DNA of 64,000 nucleotides, taken from positions 11,222,001 through 11,286,000 of the forward strand of contig OZ024740.1 of the NCBI GenBank assembly GCA_964016885.1. Direction: 5' to 3'. This document shows, one piece after another, positions 12,501-30,565 of the stretch. The stretch comes from Eledone cirrhosa (lineage: Eukaryota). Each line of letters begins with the position of its first letter. Positions within the stretch are counted from its first letter, which is position 1. A program made the translations under genes and the position numbers. Below the pieces are notes generated by a model. That model made no database searches and was not told where the DNA came from. It saw only the letters and a list, made by a program, of their open reading frames with translations.

Positions 12501-15500
12501 TGACCATGCTGTAAAATGGAGGGGTAGAGAGGGCCCTTGAGTCTACTTGAGTCTAGTAAGACATCCTCTCTAGTGCTGGTGGCACAAATAAAAGCACCCA
12601 GTCCATGCTGTAAAGTGGCGCTGGTGTTAGGAAGGGCATCCAACCAGTGTATCAATGCCAAAAAGCTTATCAGCACAGCAACAAAACAGCATAGAAAAAT
12701 ATGAAGACGTCGCATCTCAGAGTTGCAACACTTAATGTTGGCACTCTCAGAGGTAGGTCTGCTGAAATAGCGGAGATGCTGGAGAGAAGGCAGGTGGATG
12801 TGTGCTGCGTGCAAGAGGTGAGATGGAGGGGTGCCTCTGCGAGACTAGTCGTAGGCAAGCGTCTTAGCTATAAGCTATTCTGGGTAGGTAAGGATGATGG
12901 GTTAGGGGGAGTAGGCATTTTCCTGGCTGAGAAATGGATCAATAAGACAATAGAGGTAGTTCGAGTTAGTAATCGAATAATTAAGCTTAGATTAGTTGTA
13001 GGTAGGAGACTACTGACAATCATCTCGGTCTATGCTCCCCAAGCAGGCCTAGGCAAAGATGAGAAAGACTGCTTTTATGAGCAACTTTTGCAAACAACCA
13101 CAATGACAGAGGACGGAGACATCGTTATGCTAGCAGGAGACTTCAATGGTCATGTTGGACAGCTCCAGGATGGTTACACTGGGGTACATGGTGGGCACGG
13201 TTACGGTTCAAGAAATGAAGAAGGAGTGAGACTTCTTGAATTTTGTGATGCAAGTACATTGACTATTTGCAACACAAACTTCCAGAAACCTGCCAATCAC
13301 CTAATAACCTACAAATCTGGTGAGCACATAAGCCAGATTGACTTCCTGCTAGTTAGGCAGCGGGACAGGCAGATAGTGTCTAATACCAAGGCATACCCTG
13401 GGGAAGAATGTACCCCACAGCATAGGTTAGTTGTTAGTGATATCTCAGTAAGCAAGAGATGGAATGAGACATATAGGAAGGTGTGGAGAAGAAAGGTCTG
13501 GAAGCTAAAAGACCTTTGACTAAAATTCAAATTTAGGAAAGCCCTTCAAGATGTATATGACGAAAAAGAAGACGATTTAGAGACGTATGACATAGATAAT
13601 AACTGGAAGTTCTTACGTGACAACTTGCTGAAGGCTACTGATGAAACCTGTGGCTGGAGCAGAGCTCCAACCAGACAGAGAGTGACCTGGTGGTGGAACA
13701 GCAGTGTAGATAAGGCTATTAGAGACAAAAGACTAGCATGGAAGGCTTGGAATAAGGGTGGGAGTAGGGAAGAATATACAGCCACTAAGAGAGAAGCTAG
13801 ACGTCAGGTGTACTTAGCACGCAGGGAGGCAGAGAGTAGGAGGTTTGCCAATGTTCTGCGACGGGAAGATCAGAGGCGTGCGGTGTTCCACATTGCAAGG
13901 CAGTGTGTCAATGCAAATCAGGATGTTGTTGGTGATAAATGTGTCCGGGATGATGCCGGTGTACTTAGTGTCACGAATGACCAGAAAAAGGAGGCCTGGA
14001 AATGTCATTATGAGAGACTGATGAATGTGGAGAACGAATGGGAGAGAGAGAAATTACCCTTGGTAGATCCGACAGAGGGACCAGCTATTGAGATTGACGA
14101 ATATAGGGTCCAAGAGGCGATTAGGGAAATGAAAAATGGTAAGGCGGCCGGACCATCGGGAATAGTTGCTGAGATGCTGAAGGCATCAGGGGACGTAGGC
14201 ACTAAACTGGTTGCACGCATAATCAATCAGGCTATATATGGTGGTGTCATACCCAAAGACTGGTGCAGCAGTATTCTCATAAATTGCTACAAAGGTAAAG
14301 GGATGCTTTGGAGAGGAGCAATTATAGGGGTATAAAACTGATAGATCAGGTTATGAAAGTGGCAGAAAGGATTCTAGCACAACTAATTAGAGAAAGGGTC
14401 AAACTAGATGAGATGCAGTTTGGTTTTGTGCCTGGGAAGAGTACAACAGATGCCCTCTTCTTGGTGAGACAAATGCAAGAGAGGTTCTTAGAGAAGAATA
14501 AGCCACTATACTTAGCCTTTGTTGACCTAGAGAAGGCCTTTGATAGGGTACCCCGATCTGTCATCTGGTGGTCCCTAAGGAAGCTGGGTGTTGAGGAATG
14601 GCTTGTAAGGACAGTGCAAACTTTGTACAGAGGTACTCTCAGTAAAGTCAGGGTAGGAATGGAGTTTAGTGAGGAATTCCAGATACAAGTAGGAGTACAT
14701 CAGGGTTCGGTCCTCAGCCCGCTCTTGTTCATTATAGTCCTCCAAGCCATAACAGAGGAGTTTAAGACTGGCTGTCCATGGGAACTTCTCTATGCTGACG
14801 ATCTGGCTCTTATGGCAGAATCAGTAGAGGAGCTAGAGAATAAATTCCGGCTATGGAAACAGCAGTTGGAAGCAAGAGGACTGAGAGTAAATCTAGCTAA
14901 GACAAAAGTGTTGATGAGTAGAAAAGAGGACAAAACCCTGATTCCGTCAGGGAAATGGCCATGTTCGATATGCAGAAAAGGAACTGGCATAAATTCTATA
15001 AAATGCACACAATGTAGGTCCTGGGTACACAAGAGATGTAGCGGGATAGCAGGCAAACTAACAGGTAGGGAGAAATATGTATGCAGTAGATGTACAGGGA
15101 AATTAGACAGTAGAAGTCGCACTGATAGACACATTTTTCAAATGCGAGAGGGCGCTATAGAAGTGGTGGATAGCTTCCGGTACCTAGGAGATCAGATTAG
15201 CATGGGAGGAGGGTGTTCCGAGGCCATAGTATCTAGAATAAGGACGGGTTGGAAGAAGTTTAGGGAGCTGCTTCCTCTGTTGACGAAGAAGGGTTTCTCC
15301 TGCGTACGAAAGGCCGGTTGTATGATGCCTGTGTGAGGAGCGCGATGCTGCATGGTAGTGAGACATGGGCAGCTACCGCAGAAGATATGCGACGGCTGGA
15401 GAGAAATGAGGCAAGCATGCTCCGTTGGATGTGCAGTGTAAATGTGCGTGAACGACCCAGCATAAATGTGTTGAGAGAGAAACTGTGTCTGAGAGGGATA

Positions 15501-15790
15501 GAATGTAGTGTACGGGAGAGGAGACTGAGGTGGTATGGACATGTGATGCGCATGGAGGATGACCGATGGGTGAAGAAGTGCCAGGAAATGCCAGTTGAAG
15601 GAAGACGTGGTAGAGGTAGACCACGAAAAACATGGGCGGAGGTGGTGAGAACAGACCTCAGATCATTGAAGCTCACGGTGGAGATGACGAGGGACCGTGA
15701 CGAGTGGAGAGATGCTGTGCTGAATAAGACCCGTCCCACCCTTGCAAGCAGGGAAAAGCGGACGTAAAATGATGATGATGATGATGATGA
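12498..15790 (+). mobile_element. RTE-clade LINE, family B, near full length but inactivated
   Basis: APE endonuclease (ATLNVGTL, VCCVQEVRW, AGDFNGHVG, SQIDFLL, QHRLVV), RT, PHD insert and RTE C-terminus. Stop at 13517-13519, frameshifts near 14300 and 15300. (GAT)n tail into (TA)n. Confidence 0.93.
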
Positions 15791-15797
15791 TATATAT

Positions 15798-15844
<47 letters not shown>

Positions 15845-16110
15845 CATATATATATACATACATATATATATATATATACATATATATACATATATATATA
15901 TACATACATATATATATACATATATATATATATACATATATATATATACATATATATATATACATATATATATATATACATATATATATATACATATATA
16001 TATATACATATATATATACATATATATATAATACATATATATATATATACATATATATACATATATATATATATATACATATATATACATATATATATAT
16101 ATATATACAT

Positions 16111-16144
<34 letters not shown>

Positions 16145-16310
16145 ATATATATATATATATATACATATATATACATATACATATATATACATATATATAC
16201 ATATATATACATATATATACATATATATATATATATATACATATATATACATATATATATATATATATACATATATATACATATATATATATATATATAC
16301 ATATATATAC

Positions 16311-16341
<31 letters not shown>

Positions 16342-16700
16342 CATATATACATATACATACATATATATATATATATATATACATACATATATATATATAT
16401 ATATATACATACATACATATATATATATACATATACATACATACATACATATATATATATACATACATATATATATATACATACATATACATATATACAT
16501 ATACATATATACATATATATATACATATACATATATATATACATATATATATACATATATATACATATATATATACATATATATATACATATATATATAC
16601 ATATATATATATATACATACATATACATATATATATACATATATATACATATACATATACATACATATATATACATATATATATATATATATACATACAC

Positions 16701-16731
<31 letters not shown>

Positions 16732-16778
16732 CATACACATATACATATACATATATATACATACACATATATATATAC

Positions 16779-16809
<31 letters not shown>

Positions 16810-16836
16810 CATACATATACATATATATATACATAC

Positions 16837-16868
<32 letters not shown>

Positions 16869-16900
16869 ATACATATACATATATATATACATACATATAC

Positions 16901-16935
<35 letters not shown>

Positions 16936-16946
16936 CATACATATAC

Positions 16947-16991
<45 letters not shown>

Positions 16992-17036
16992 CATATACAT
17001 ATATATATACATATATATATATATACATACATATAC

Positions 17037-17113
<77 letters not shown>

Positions 17114-17117
17114 CATA

Positions 17118-17169
<52 letters not shown>

Positions 17170-17250
17170 CATATGTATATACATATATATATATATATAT
17201 ATATACATACATATATATACATATATATACATATATATATACATATATAT
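15790..17250. repeat. (TA)n/(TACA) microsatellite, about 1.5 kb
   Basis: Direct reading. Confidence 0.98.
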
Positions 17251-17554
17251 GTAGATAAATCTACCAAGAGTTTACGGTAGTGTCCAATCCGTATGAAGAA
17301 CTCAATGTAGTCCGGATATCATGGAAAGAAGAGATGCAATGAAAAATCACTTTCGGTGAAAGATAAACGGAATACAGAGTCAAGATAAAATATTAAAAAA
17401 ATAATGAATAAAACAATGAAACAGTTCCTTATATTAAACAAAAAAAGTTCATTATTTAACGATCGTTTCTAGGATATATATGTGTTAGAATTGGCAATTC
17501 TAACACATATATATCCTAGAAACGATCGTTAAATAATGAACTTTTTTTTGTTTT
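17251..17554. mobile_element. Foldback mini-element (PLE pLTR-like; same family as 48648-49071)
   Basis: Near-perfect palindrome centred at 17494 (arms about 17436-17554). Each arm carries the HHR 3' half (CCTA-GAAA-CGATCG-T). Left end GTAGATAAATCTACC is shared with 48648. TA flanks. Confidence 0.75.
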
Positions 17555-21449
<3,895 letters not shown>

Positions 21450-21497
21450 AATAAAATTAAATAAAAGTCAAATGATTAAAATTTACCTTCGTTTATT

Positions 21498-21552
21498 ACT
21501 GCTATATATATTTCAGTGACAGCCATCTTTGGCTGTGACCTCTTCAGGCAGT
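21498..21552 (-). ncRNA. Minimal type-I hammerhead ribozyme
   Basis: Minus strand: ACTGC-CTGAAGA-GGTCACAGCCA(AAGA)TGGCTGTCACT-GAAA-TATATA-TA-GCAGT, then AATAAA and a tail into (TA)n. Confidence 0.82.
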
Positions 21553-21690
21553 TTGAATTAGTATGGTATAGACAAGTACATATGTTGTTTAGGTGTATGA
21601 TATTGTCAATACTCTGATATGCCCAGTTCCTTGTTGGGTTGTTAATTCACTGGGGAACTGGAGTCATATGAATTCAAACAAACGAATTTT

Positions 21691-21890
21691 NNNNNNNNNN
21701 NNNNNNNNNNNNNNNNNNNNNNNNNNNNNNNNNNNNNNNNNNNNNNNNNNNNNNNNNNNNNNNNNNNNNNNNNNNNNNNNNNNNNNNNNNNNNNNNNNNN
21801 NNNNNNNNNNNNNNNNNNNNNNNNNNNNNNNNNNNNNNNNNNNNNNNNNNNNNNNNNNNNNNNNNNNNNNNNNNNNNNNNNNNNNNNNNN
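21691..21890. other. Assembly gap (200 N)
   Basis: Run of n characters. Confidence 0.99.
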
Positions 21891-24800
21891 TGTGGGTGGT
21901 GTAAGTGGTGTAGTAGTGTAGTGGTGTAGTAGTGTAGTAGTGTAGTGGTGTAGTGGTGTGGTGGTGTAGTAGTGTAGTAGTGTAGTGTGTAGTAGTGTAG
22001 TAGTGTAGTGGTGTAGTGGTGTGGTGGTGTAGTAGTGTAGTAGTGTAGTGGTGTAGTAGGTGTAGTAGTGTAGTGGTGTAGTAGTGTAGTAGTGTAGTAG
22101 TGTAGTAGTGTAGTGGTGTAGTAGTGTAGTAGTGTAGTGGTGTAGTGGTGAGGTGTGGTGTAGTGGTGTAGTAGTGTAGTAGTGTAGTGGTGTAGTGGTG
22201 TAGTGGTGTAGTAGTGTAGTAGTGTAGTGGTGTAGTAGTGTAGTAGTGTAGTGGTGTAGTGGTGTAGTGGTGTAGTAGTGTAGTAGTGTAGTGGTGTAGT
22301 GGTGTAGTAGTGTAGTGGTGTGGTGGTGTAGTAGTGTAGTAGTGTAGTGGTGTAGTGGTGTAGTAGTGTAGTGGTGTAGTGGTGTGGTGGTGTAGTAGTG
22401 TAGTAGTGTAGTGGTGTAGTGGTGTAGTGGTGTAGTGGTGTAGTGGTGTGAGTAGTGTAGTGGTGTAGTGTGTAGTGTGTAGTGGTGTAGTAGTGTAGTA
22501 GTGTAGTGGTGTAGTGGTGTAGGTGGTGTGGTGGTGTAGTGGTGTAGTGGTGTAGTGGTGTAGTAGTGTAGTAGTGTAGTGGTGTAGGTAGGTGTAGTGT
22601 GTAGTGGGTGTAGTGGTGTGGTGGTGTAGTAGTGTAGTAGTGTAGTGGTGTTGTGGTGTAGTGGTGTGGTGGTGTAGTGGTGTAGTAGTGTAGTGGTGTA
22701 GTAGTGTAGTGGTGTAGTGGTGTGGTGGTGTAGTGGTGTAGTAGTGTAGTAGTGTAGTGGTGTAGTAGGTGTAGTGGTTTAGTGGTGTGGTGGTGTAGTG
22801 GTGTAGTGGTGTTGGTAGTGTAGTAGTGTAGTGGTGTAGTGGTGCGATGGTGTAGTAGTGTAGTGGTGTAGTGGTGTTGTGGTGTAGTAGTGTAGTGGTG
22901 TGGTGGTGTAGTAGTGTAGTGGTGTAGTGGTGTGGTGGTGTAGTGGTGTGGTGGTGTAGTGGTGTAGTAGTGTAGTAGTGTAGTGGTGTGGTGGTGTAGT
23001 GGTGTAGTGGTGTAGTGGTGTGGTGGTGTAGTGGTGTGGTGGTGTAGTGGTGTAGTAGTGTAGTAGTGTAGTGGTGTGGTGGTGTAGTAGTGTAGTGGTG
23101 TAGTGGTGTGGTGGTGTAGTGGTAGTGGTGGTGTAGTGGTGTAGTAGGTGTAGTAGTGTAGTGGTGTGGTGGTGTAGTGGTGTAGTGGGGTATTTGTAAG
23201 TGGTTGTGTAGTGGTGTAGTGTGTAGTAGTGTAGTGGTGTGGTGGTGTAGTGTGTAGTAGTGTAGTAGTGTAGTGGTGTGGTGGTGTAGTGGTGTAGTGG
23301 TGTGGTAGTGTAGTGGTTGTGTAGTGTAGTGTAGTGGTGTGGTGTGTAGTGGTGTAGTGGTGTAGTAGTGTAGTAGTGTAGTGGTGTGGTGGTGTAGTGG
23401 TGTAGTAGTGTAGTGGTGTGGTAGTGTGTGGTGTAGTAGTGTAGTGGTGTGGTGGTGTAGTAGTGTAGTGGTGTAGTAGTGTGTGTGTGGTGTGTAGTGG
23501 TGTAGTAGTGTAGTGGTGTGGTGGTGTAGTGGTGTTGTAGTGTAGTAGTGTAGTGGTGTGGTGGTGTAGTAGTGTAGTGGTGTGTGGTGTAGTAGTGTAG
23601 TGGTGTAGTGGTGTAGTAGTGTAGTGGTGTAGTGGTGTAGTGAGTAGTGGTGGTGGTGAGTGGTGTAGTAGTGTAGTAGTGTAGTGGTGTAGTAGTGTAG
23701 TGGTGTAGTAGTGTAGGTGTGTGGTGGTGTAGTGTGTAGTGGTGTGGTGGTGTAGTTGGTGTGGTGTAGTAGTGTGTGGTGTGGTGGTGTAGGGTGTAGT
23801 GGTGTAGTGAGTGTAGTAGTGTAGTGGTGTGGTGGTGTAGTAGTGTAGTGGTGTGGTGGTGTAGTAGTGTAGTGGTGTAGTGGTGTAGTGGTGGTGGTAG
23901 TAGTGTAGTAGTGTAGTGGCTGTAGTAGTGTAGTGGTGTAGTGGTGTAGTAGTGTAGTGGTGTAGTGGTGTAGTGGTGTAGTGGTGTAGTAGTCGTAGTA
24001 GCTGTAGTGGTGTAGTGGTGTAGTAGTGTAGTGGTGTAGTAGTGTAGTAGTGTCGTAGTGTAGTAGTGTAGTGTGTGGTGGTGTAGTAGTGTAGTGGTGT
24101 AGTAGTGTAGTAGTGTAGTAGTGTAGTGGTGTAGTGGTGTAGTAGTGTAGTGGTGTAGTGGTGTGGTGGTGTAGTAGTGTAGTAGTGTAGTGGTGTAGTA
24201 GTGTAGTAGTGTAGTGGTGTAGTAGTGTAGTAGTGTAGTGTGTAGTGGTGTAGTAGTGTAGTGTGTAGTGGTGTAGTAGTGTAGTGGTGTAGTAGTGTAG
24301 TAGTGTAGTGGTGTAGTGGTGTAGTAGTGTAGTAGTGTAGTGGTGTAGTGGTGTGGTGGTGTAGTAGTGTAGTGGTGTAGTAGTGTAGTGGTGTAGTAGT
24401 GTAGTAGTGTAGTAGTGTAGTGTGTAGTGGTGTAGTAGTGTAGTGGTGTAGTGGTGTGGTGGTGTAGTAGTGTAGTGGTAGTAGTGTAGTGGTGTAGTAG
24501 TGTAGTAGTGTAGTAGTGTAGTGTGTAGTGGTGTAGTAGTGTAGTGGTGTAGTAGTGTAGTGGTGTGGTGGTGTGGTGGTGTAGTAGTGTAGTGGTGTAG
24601 TAGTGTAGTAGTGTAGTGGTGTAGTAGTGTAGTAGTGTAGTAGTGTAGTGGTGTAGTGGTGTAGTAGTGTAGTGGTGTAGTGGTGTGGTGGTGTAGTAGT
24701 GTAGTGGTGTGGTGGTGTAGTAGTGTAGTGGTGTAGTGGTGTGTGGTGTAGTAGTGTAGTGGTGTAGTAGTGTAGTGGTGTTGTGTGTAGTAGTGTAGTG

Positions 24801-27800
24801 GTGTAGTAGTGTAGTGGTGTGGAGTAGTAGTGTAGTGGTGTAGTAGTGTAGTAGTGTAGTAGTGTAGTGGTGTAGTAGTGTAGTAGTGTAGTGGTGTAGT
24901 GGTGTGGTGGTGGTAGTGTAGTGGTGTAGTAGTGTAGTAGTGTAGTGGTGTAGTGGTGTAGTGGTGTAGTGGTGTGGTGGTGTGGTGGTGTGGTTAGTGT
25001 AGTGGTGTGGTGGTGTGGTAGTGTAGTGGTGTAGTAGTGTAGTGGTGTAGTGGTGTAGTGGTGTAGTGGTGTAGTAGTGTAGTGGTGTAGTAGTGTAGTG
25101 GTGTAGTGGTGTAGTAGTGTAGTAGTGTAGTAGTGTAAGTGGGTAGTGGTGTAGTAGTGTAGTGTGTAGTAGTGTAGTGGTGTAGTGGTGTAGTGGTGTA
25201 GTGGTGTAGTGTGTAGTGGTGTGGTGTGTAGTGGTGTAGTAGTGTAGTGGTGTAGTGGTGTAGTGGTGTAGTGTGTAGTGGTGTGGTGGTGTAGTGGTGT
25301 AGTGGTGTAGTGGTGTAGTGGTGTAGTGGTGTAGTAGTGTAGTGGTGTAGTGGTGTGGTGGTGTAGTGGTGTAGTGGTGTAGTGGTGTAGTGGTGTAGTA
25401 GTGTAGTGGTGTAGTGGTGTAGTGGTGTAGTAGTGTAGTGGTGTAGTGGTGTAGTGGTGTAGTGGTGTAGTGGTGTAGTGGTGTGGTGGTGTAGTGGTGT
25501 AGTGGTGTAGTGGTGTAGTGGTGTAGTGGTGTAGTAGTGTAGTGGTGTGGTGGTGTAGTAGTGTAGTGGTGTGGTGTGTAGTGGTGTAGTGGTGTGGTAG
25601 TGTAGTAGTGTAGTGGTGTGGTGGTGTAGTAGTGTAGTGGTGTAGTGGTGTAGTAGTGTAGTAGTGTAGTGGTGTGGTGGTGTAGTAGTGTAGTGGTGGT
25701 AGTAGTGTAGTGGTGTAGTGGTGTAGTGGTGTAGTGGTGTGGTGGTGTGGTGGTGTGGTAGTGTAGTGGTGTGGTGGTGTGGTAGTGTAGTGGTGTAGTA
25801 GTGTAGTGGTGTTAGTGGTGTAGTGGTGTAGTGGTGTAGTAGTGTAGTGGTGTAGTAGTGTAGTGGTGTGGTAGTGTAGTAGTGTAGTGTGTAGTAGTGT
25901 AGTGGTGTGGTGGTGTAGTAGTGTAGTGGTGTAGTAGTGTAGTAGTGTATGTGTGGTGGTGTAGTAGTGTAGTGGTGTAGTGGTGTAGTAGTGTAGTAGT
26001 GTAGTGGTGTGGTGGTGTAGTAGTGTAGTGGTGTAGTGGTGTAGTGTGTAGTGGTGTAGTAGTGTAGTGTGTAGTGGTGTGGTGGTGTAGTAGTGTAGTG
26101 GTGTAGTGGTGTGGTGGTGTAGTAGTGTAGTAGTGTAGTGGTGTAGTGGTGTAGTAGTGTAGTAGTGTAGTGGTGTAGTAGTGTAGTGGTGTGGTGGTGT
26201 GGTGGTGTAGTGGTGTAGTGGTGTGGTAGTGTAGTAGTGTAGTGGTGTGGTAGTGTGGTAGTGTAGTAGTGTAGTGGTGTGGTGGTGTGGTAGTGTAGTG
26301 GTGTAGTGGTGTAGTAGTGTAGTGGTGTAGTGGTGTAGTAGTGTAGTGGTGTAGTGGTGTAGTAGTGTAGTGGTGTGGTGGTGTGGTGGTGTAGTGGTGT
26401 AGTGGTGTGGTAGTGTAGTAGTGTAGTGGTGTGGTGGTGTAGTAGTGTAGTGGTGTAGTGTGTGGTAGTGTAGTAGTGTAGTGGTGTGGTGGTGTAGTAG
26501 TGTAGTGGTGTAGTGGTGTGGTAGTGTAGTGGTGTAGTGGTGTAGTAGTGTAGTGGTGTAGTGGTGTAGTAGTGTAGTAGTGTAGTGGTGTAGTAGTGTA
26601 GTGGTGTAGTAGTGTAGTAGTGTAGTGGTGTAGTAGTGTAGTGGTGTGAGTGGTGTAGTGGTGTGTGGTGGTGTAGTAGTGTAGTGGTGTAGTGGTGTAG
26701 TATGTAGTAGTGTAGTGGTTGTGGTAGTGTAGTGGTGTGGTGGTGTAGTGGTGTGGTGGTGTGGTGGTGTAGTAGTGTAGTGGTGTAGTGTGTGGTAATG
26801 TAGTGGTGTAGTGGTGTAGTAGTGTAGTGGTGTAGTAGTGTAGTGGTGTAGTGGTGTAGTGGTGTGGTAATGTAGTGGTGTAGTGGTGTAGTAGTGTAGT
26901 GGTGTAGTGGTGTAGTGGTGTGGTGGTGTAGTGGTGTGGTGGTGTGGTGGTGTAGTAGTGTAGTGGTGTAGTGGTGTGGTAATGTAGTGGTGTAGTGGTG
27001 TAGTAGTGTAGTGGTGTAGTAGTGTAGTGGTGTAGTGGTGTAGTGGTGTGGTATTGTAGTGGTGTAGTGGTGTAGTAGTGTAGTGGTGTAGTGGTGTAGT
27101 GGTGTGGTGGTGTAGTGGTGTGGTGTGTGGTGGTGTAGTAGTGTAGTGGTGTAGTGGTGTGGTAATGTAGTGGTGTAGTGGTGTAGTAGTGTAGTGGTGT
27201 AGTAGTGTAGTGGTGTAGTGGTGTGGTGGTGTAGTGGTGTAGTAGTGTAGTGGTGTAGTAGTGTAGTAGTGTAGTGGTGTAGTAGTGTAGTGTGTAGTAG
27301 TGTGTAGTGTAGTGGTGTAGTAGTGTAGTGGTGTGGTGGTGTAGTGTGTGGTGGTGTGGTGGTGTAGTAGTGTAGTGGTGTAGTGGTGTAGTAGTGTAGT
27401 AGTGTAGTGAGTGTGGTAGTGTAGTGGTGTGGTGGTGTAGTGGTGTGGTGGTGTGGTGGTGTAGTAGTGTAGTGGTGTAGTGGTGTGGTGGTGTAGTGGT
27501 GTAGTAGTGTAGTGGTGTAGTAGTGTAGTGGTGTAGTGGTGTTAGTGGTGTGGTAATGTAGTGGTGTAGTGGTGTAGTAGTGTAGTGGTGTAGTGGTGTA
27601 GTGGTGTGGTGGTGTAGTGGTGTGGTGGTGTGGTGGTGTAGTAGTGTAGTGGTGTAGTGGTGTGGTAATGTAGTGGTGTAGTGGTGTAGTAGTGTAGTGG
27701 TGTAGTAGTGTAGTGGTGTAGTGGTGTAGTGGTGTAGTAGTGTAGTGGTGTAGTGGTGTAGTGGTGTAGTGGTGTTGGTTGTGTGGTAGTGTAGTAGTGT

Positions 27801-27870
27801 AGTAGTGTAGTGGTGTTAGTGGTGTAGTGTGTGGTGGTGTAGTAGTGTAGTGGTGTAGTGGTGTGGTAAT
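21891..27870. repeat. About 6-kb satellite of 8-bp units TGT(A/G)GT(A/G)G
   Basis: Mosaic of TGTAGTAG, TGTAGTGG and TGTGGTGG; almost no C on the + strand. Confidence 0.97.
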
Positions 27871-27937
27871 TGTAGTAGAATGGCTGGTATCTAGGGGCGT
27901 TATGGGGGTGGTGAGGGTAATAGTGAAGAGTTATGTT

Positions 27938-27982
<45 letters not shown>

Positions 27983-29056
27983 CGTAGTAGTAGTAGCTAG
28001 TAGTACGTGGTTGGTCTTTAGGAGGGGTGGGAGCCAGAGTGGTTGTGGGCGGTTGGGAGGGGTGAGGGATGGTGTAGCGGTGGCAGCCGGTGGGAGTAAA
28101 GTGTAGTGGTGGGAGGGGGACAGTATCGTGGTAGGGGTTGGGAGAGGTGTACGCGTTGTTGTGCTAGAGGGGGACAGGTGGGAGATAGTGTCGTCATGGG
28201 TGAGACAAGGTGGTAGTAAAGAGAAGGTAGTAGTGGAGGTGGAAGTAAGGAAGGGTTAGGGGTGGTATGGGTGGGGGAAGGTGGGTATGGTGGTAGTGGA
28301 GGCCGTGGTGGTGGTGGTGGCCCTAGTGGAGGTGATGGTGGTGGTGGTGGTAGTAATGTAGTAGAATGGCTGGTGGTGGTGATGGTGGTTGGCGATGATG
28401 GTGGTGATGGTGGTGGTGGTGGTGGTGGTGGTTGTGGTGGTGGTGGTGGTAGTGGTGGTGGTGGTGGTAGTGGTGGCGGTGATGGTGGTGGTAGGTGATG
28501 GTAGTGGTGGTGGTTGGTAGTGGTGGCGGTGATGGTGGTGGTGATGGTGGTGATGGTGTTGGTGGTGATTGTAGTGGTGGTGGTGGTGATAGTGGTGGCG
28601 GTGATGGTGGTGGTGTTGGTGGTGATGGTGGTGGTGGTGGTAGTGTTGGCGGTGATGGTGGTGGTGGTGGTGATGGTAGTGGTGGTGGTGGTGGTGATGG
28701 TGGTGCTGGTGCTGGTGGTGGTGATGGTGGTGGTGATGGTGGTGTTGGTGGTAATGGTGTTGGAGGTGGTAGTGGTGATGATGGTAGTAGTGGTGATGGT
28801 GATGGTGGTGGTAGTGGTGATGGTGGTGGTAGTGATGATAGTGATGGTGGTGTTGGTAGTGGTGTTGGTGGTAGTGGTGTTGGTGGTAGTAGTGGTGGTG
28901 GTGGTGGTGGTGGTGGTGGTGGTGGTGGTGGTGATGGTGGTTGTGGTGCTGGTGGTGGCGATGGTGGTGGTGGTGTTGGTGTTGGTGGTGGTAGTGGTGA
29001 TGTTGGTGGTGGTGGTGTCGGTGGTGGTGTTGGTGGTGGTGGTGGTGGTGGTGGTG
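27871..29056. repeat. (GTA)n and degenerate (GGT)n low-complexity sequence
   Basis: Direct reading; gives poly-Gly/Val/Pro pseudo-ORFs. Confidence 0.92.
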
Positions 29057-29125
29057 TATATTGTGACAATGCTTGTGGCGTAGGTCGCGTTAATTACGAT
29101 TATGTGTCTGTGTCTTTAGGTTTAC

Positions 29126-29213
<88 letters not shown>

Positions 29214-29289
29214 GTCTGTGTGTATGTATATGTGTGTGTGAGTGTATATATGATGTGTATCGATGTATGTTTCATGTGCTGCTACATCG

Positions 29290-29643
29290 GAGAGAGAGAG
29301 AGAGAGAGAGAGACTGTATGTGAGAGAGAGAGAGACAGAGTGGGAGAGAGACTGTATGTGAGAGAGAGAGACAGAATGGGAGAGAGACTGTATTAGAGAG
29401 AGAGAGAGAGAGAGAGAGTGGGAGAGAGACTGTATTTCAGAGAGAGAGAGAGACAGAATGGGAGAGAGACTGTATGTGAGAGAGAGAGTGGGAGAGAGAC
29501 TGTATTTGAGAGAGAGAGAGAGACAGAATGGGAGAGAGACTGTATTTGAGAGAGAGAGTGGGGGAGAGACTGTATTTGAGAGAGAGAGAGAGACAGAATG
29601 GGAGAGCGACTGTATGTGAGAGGGAGAGTGGGAGAGAGACTGT

Positions 29644-29679
<36 letters not shown>

Positions 29680-30033
29680 ATGGGAGAGAGACTGTATTTG
29701 AGAGAGAGAGTGGGAGAGAGACTGTATTTGAGAGAGAGAGAGAGACAGAATGGGAGAGAGACTGTATTTGAGAGAGAGAGAGACAGAGTGGGAGAGAGAC
29801 TGTATGTGAGAGAGAGAGACAGAATGGAAGAGAGACTCTATGTGAGAGAGAGAGTGGGAGAGAGACTGTATTTGAGAGAGAGAGTGGGAGAGAGACTGTA
29901 TGTGAGAGAGAGAGACAGAATGGGAGAGAGACTTCATGTGAGAGAGAGAGTGGGAGAGAGACTGTATTTGAGAGAGAGAGTGAGAGTGGGAGAGAGACTG
30001 TATGTGAGAGAGAGAGAGTGGGAGAGAGACTGT

Positions 30034-30070
<37 letters not shown>

Positions 30071-30085
30071 AGAGAGACTGTATTT

Positions 30086-30121
<36 letters not shown>

Positions 30122-30435
30122 ATTTGAGAGAGAGAGAGAGATATAGTGGGAGAGAGAGAGAGATATAGTGGGAGAGAGACTGTATGTGAGAGGGAGAGAG
30201 TGGGAGAGAGTCTGTATTTGAGAGAGAGAGTGAGAGAGAGAGTGGGAGAGAGACTGTATGTGAGAGGGAGAGAGTGGGAGAGAGACTGTATTTGAGAGAG
30301 AGAGAGAGAGAGTGGGAGAGAGACTCAATGTGAGAGGGAGACAGAGAGGGAGAGAGACTGTATGTGAGAGAGAGAGAGAGGGAGAGAGACTGTATTTGAG
30401 AGAGAGAGGGAGAGAGAGAGAGGGAGAGAGACTGT

Positions 30436-30472
<37 letters not shown>

Positions 30473-30488
30473 AGAGAGACTGTATTTT

Positions 30489-30565
<77 letters not shown>

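Noticed and set aside
21891-27870. Telomeric repeat array
   Set aside because: Not TTAGGG and internal to the scaffold; treated as satellite.
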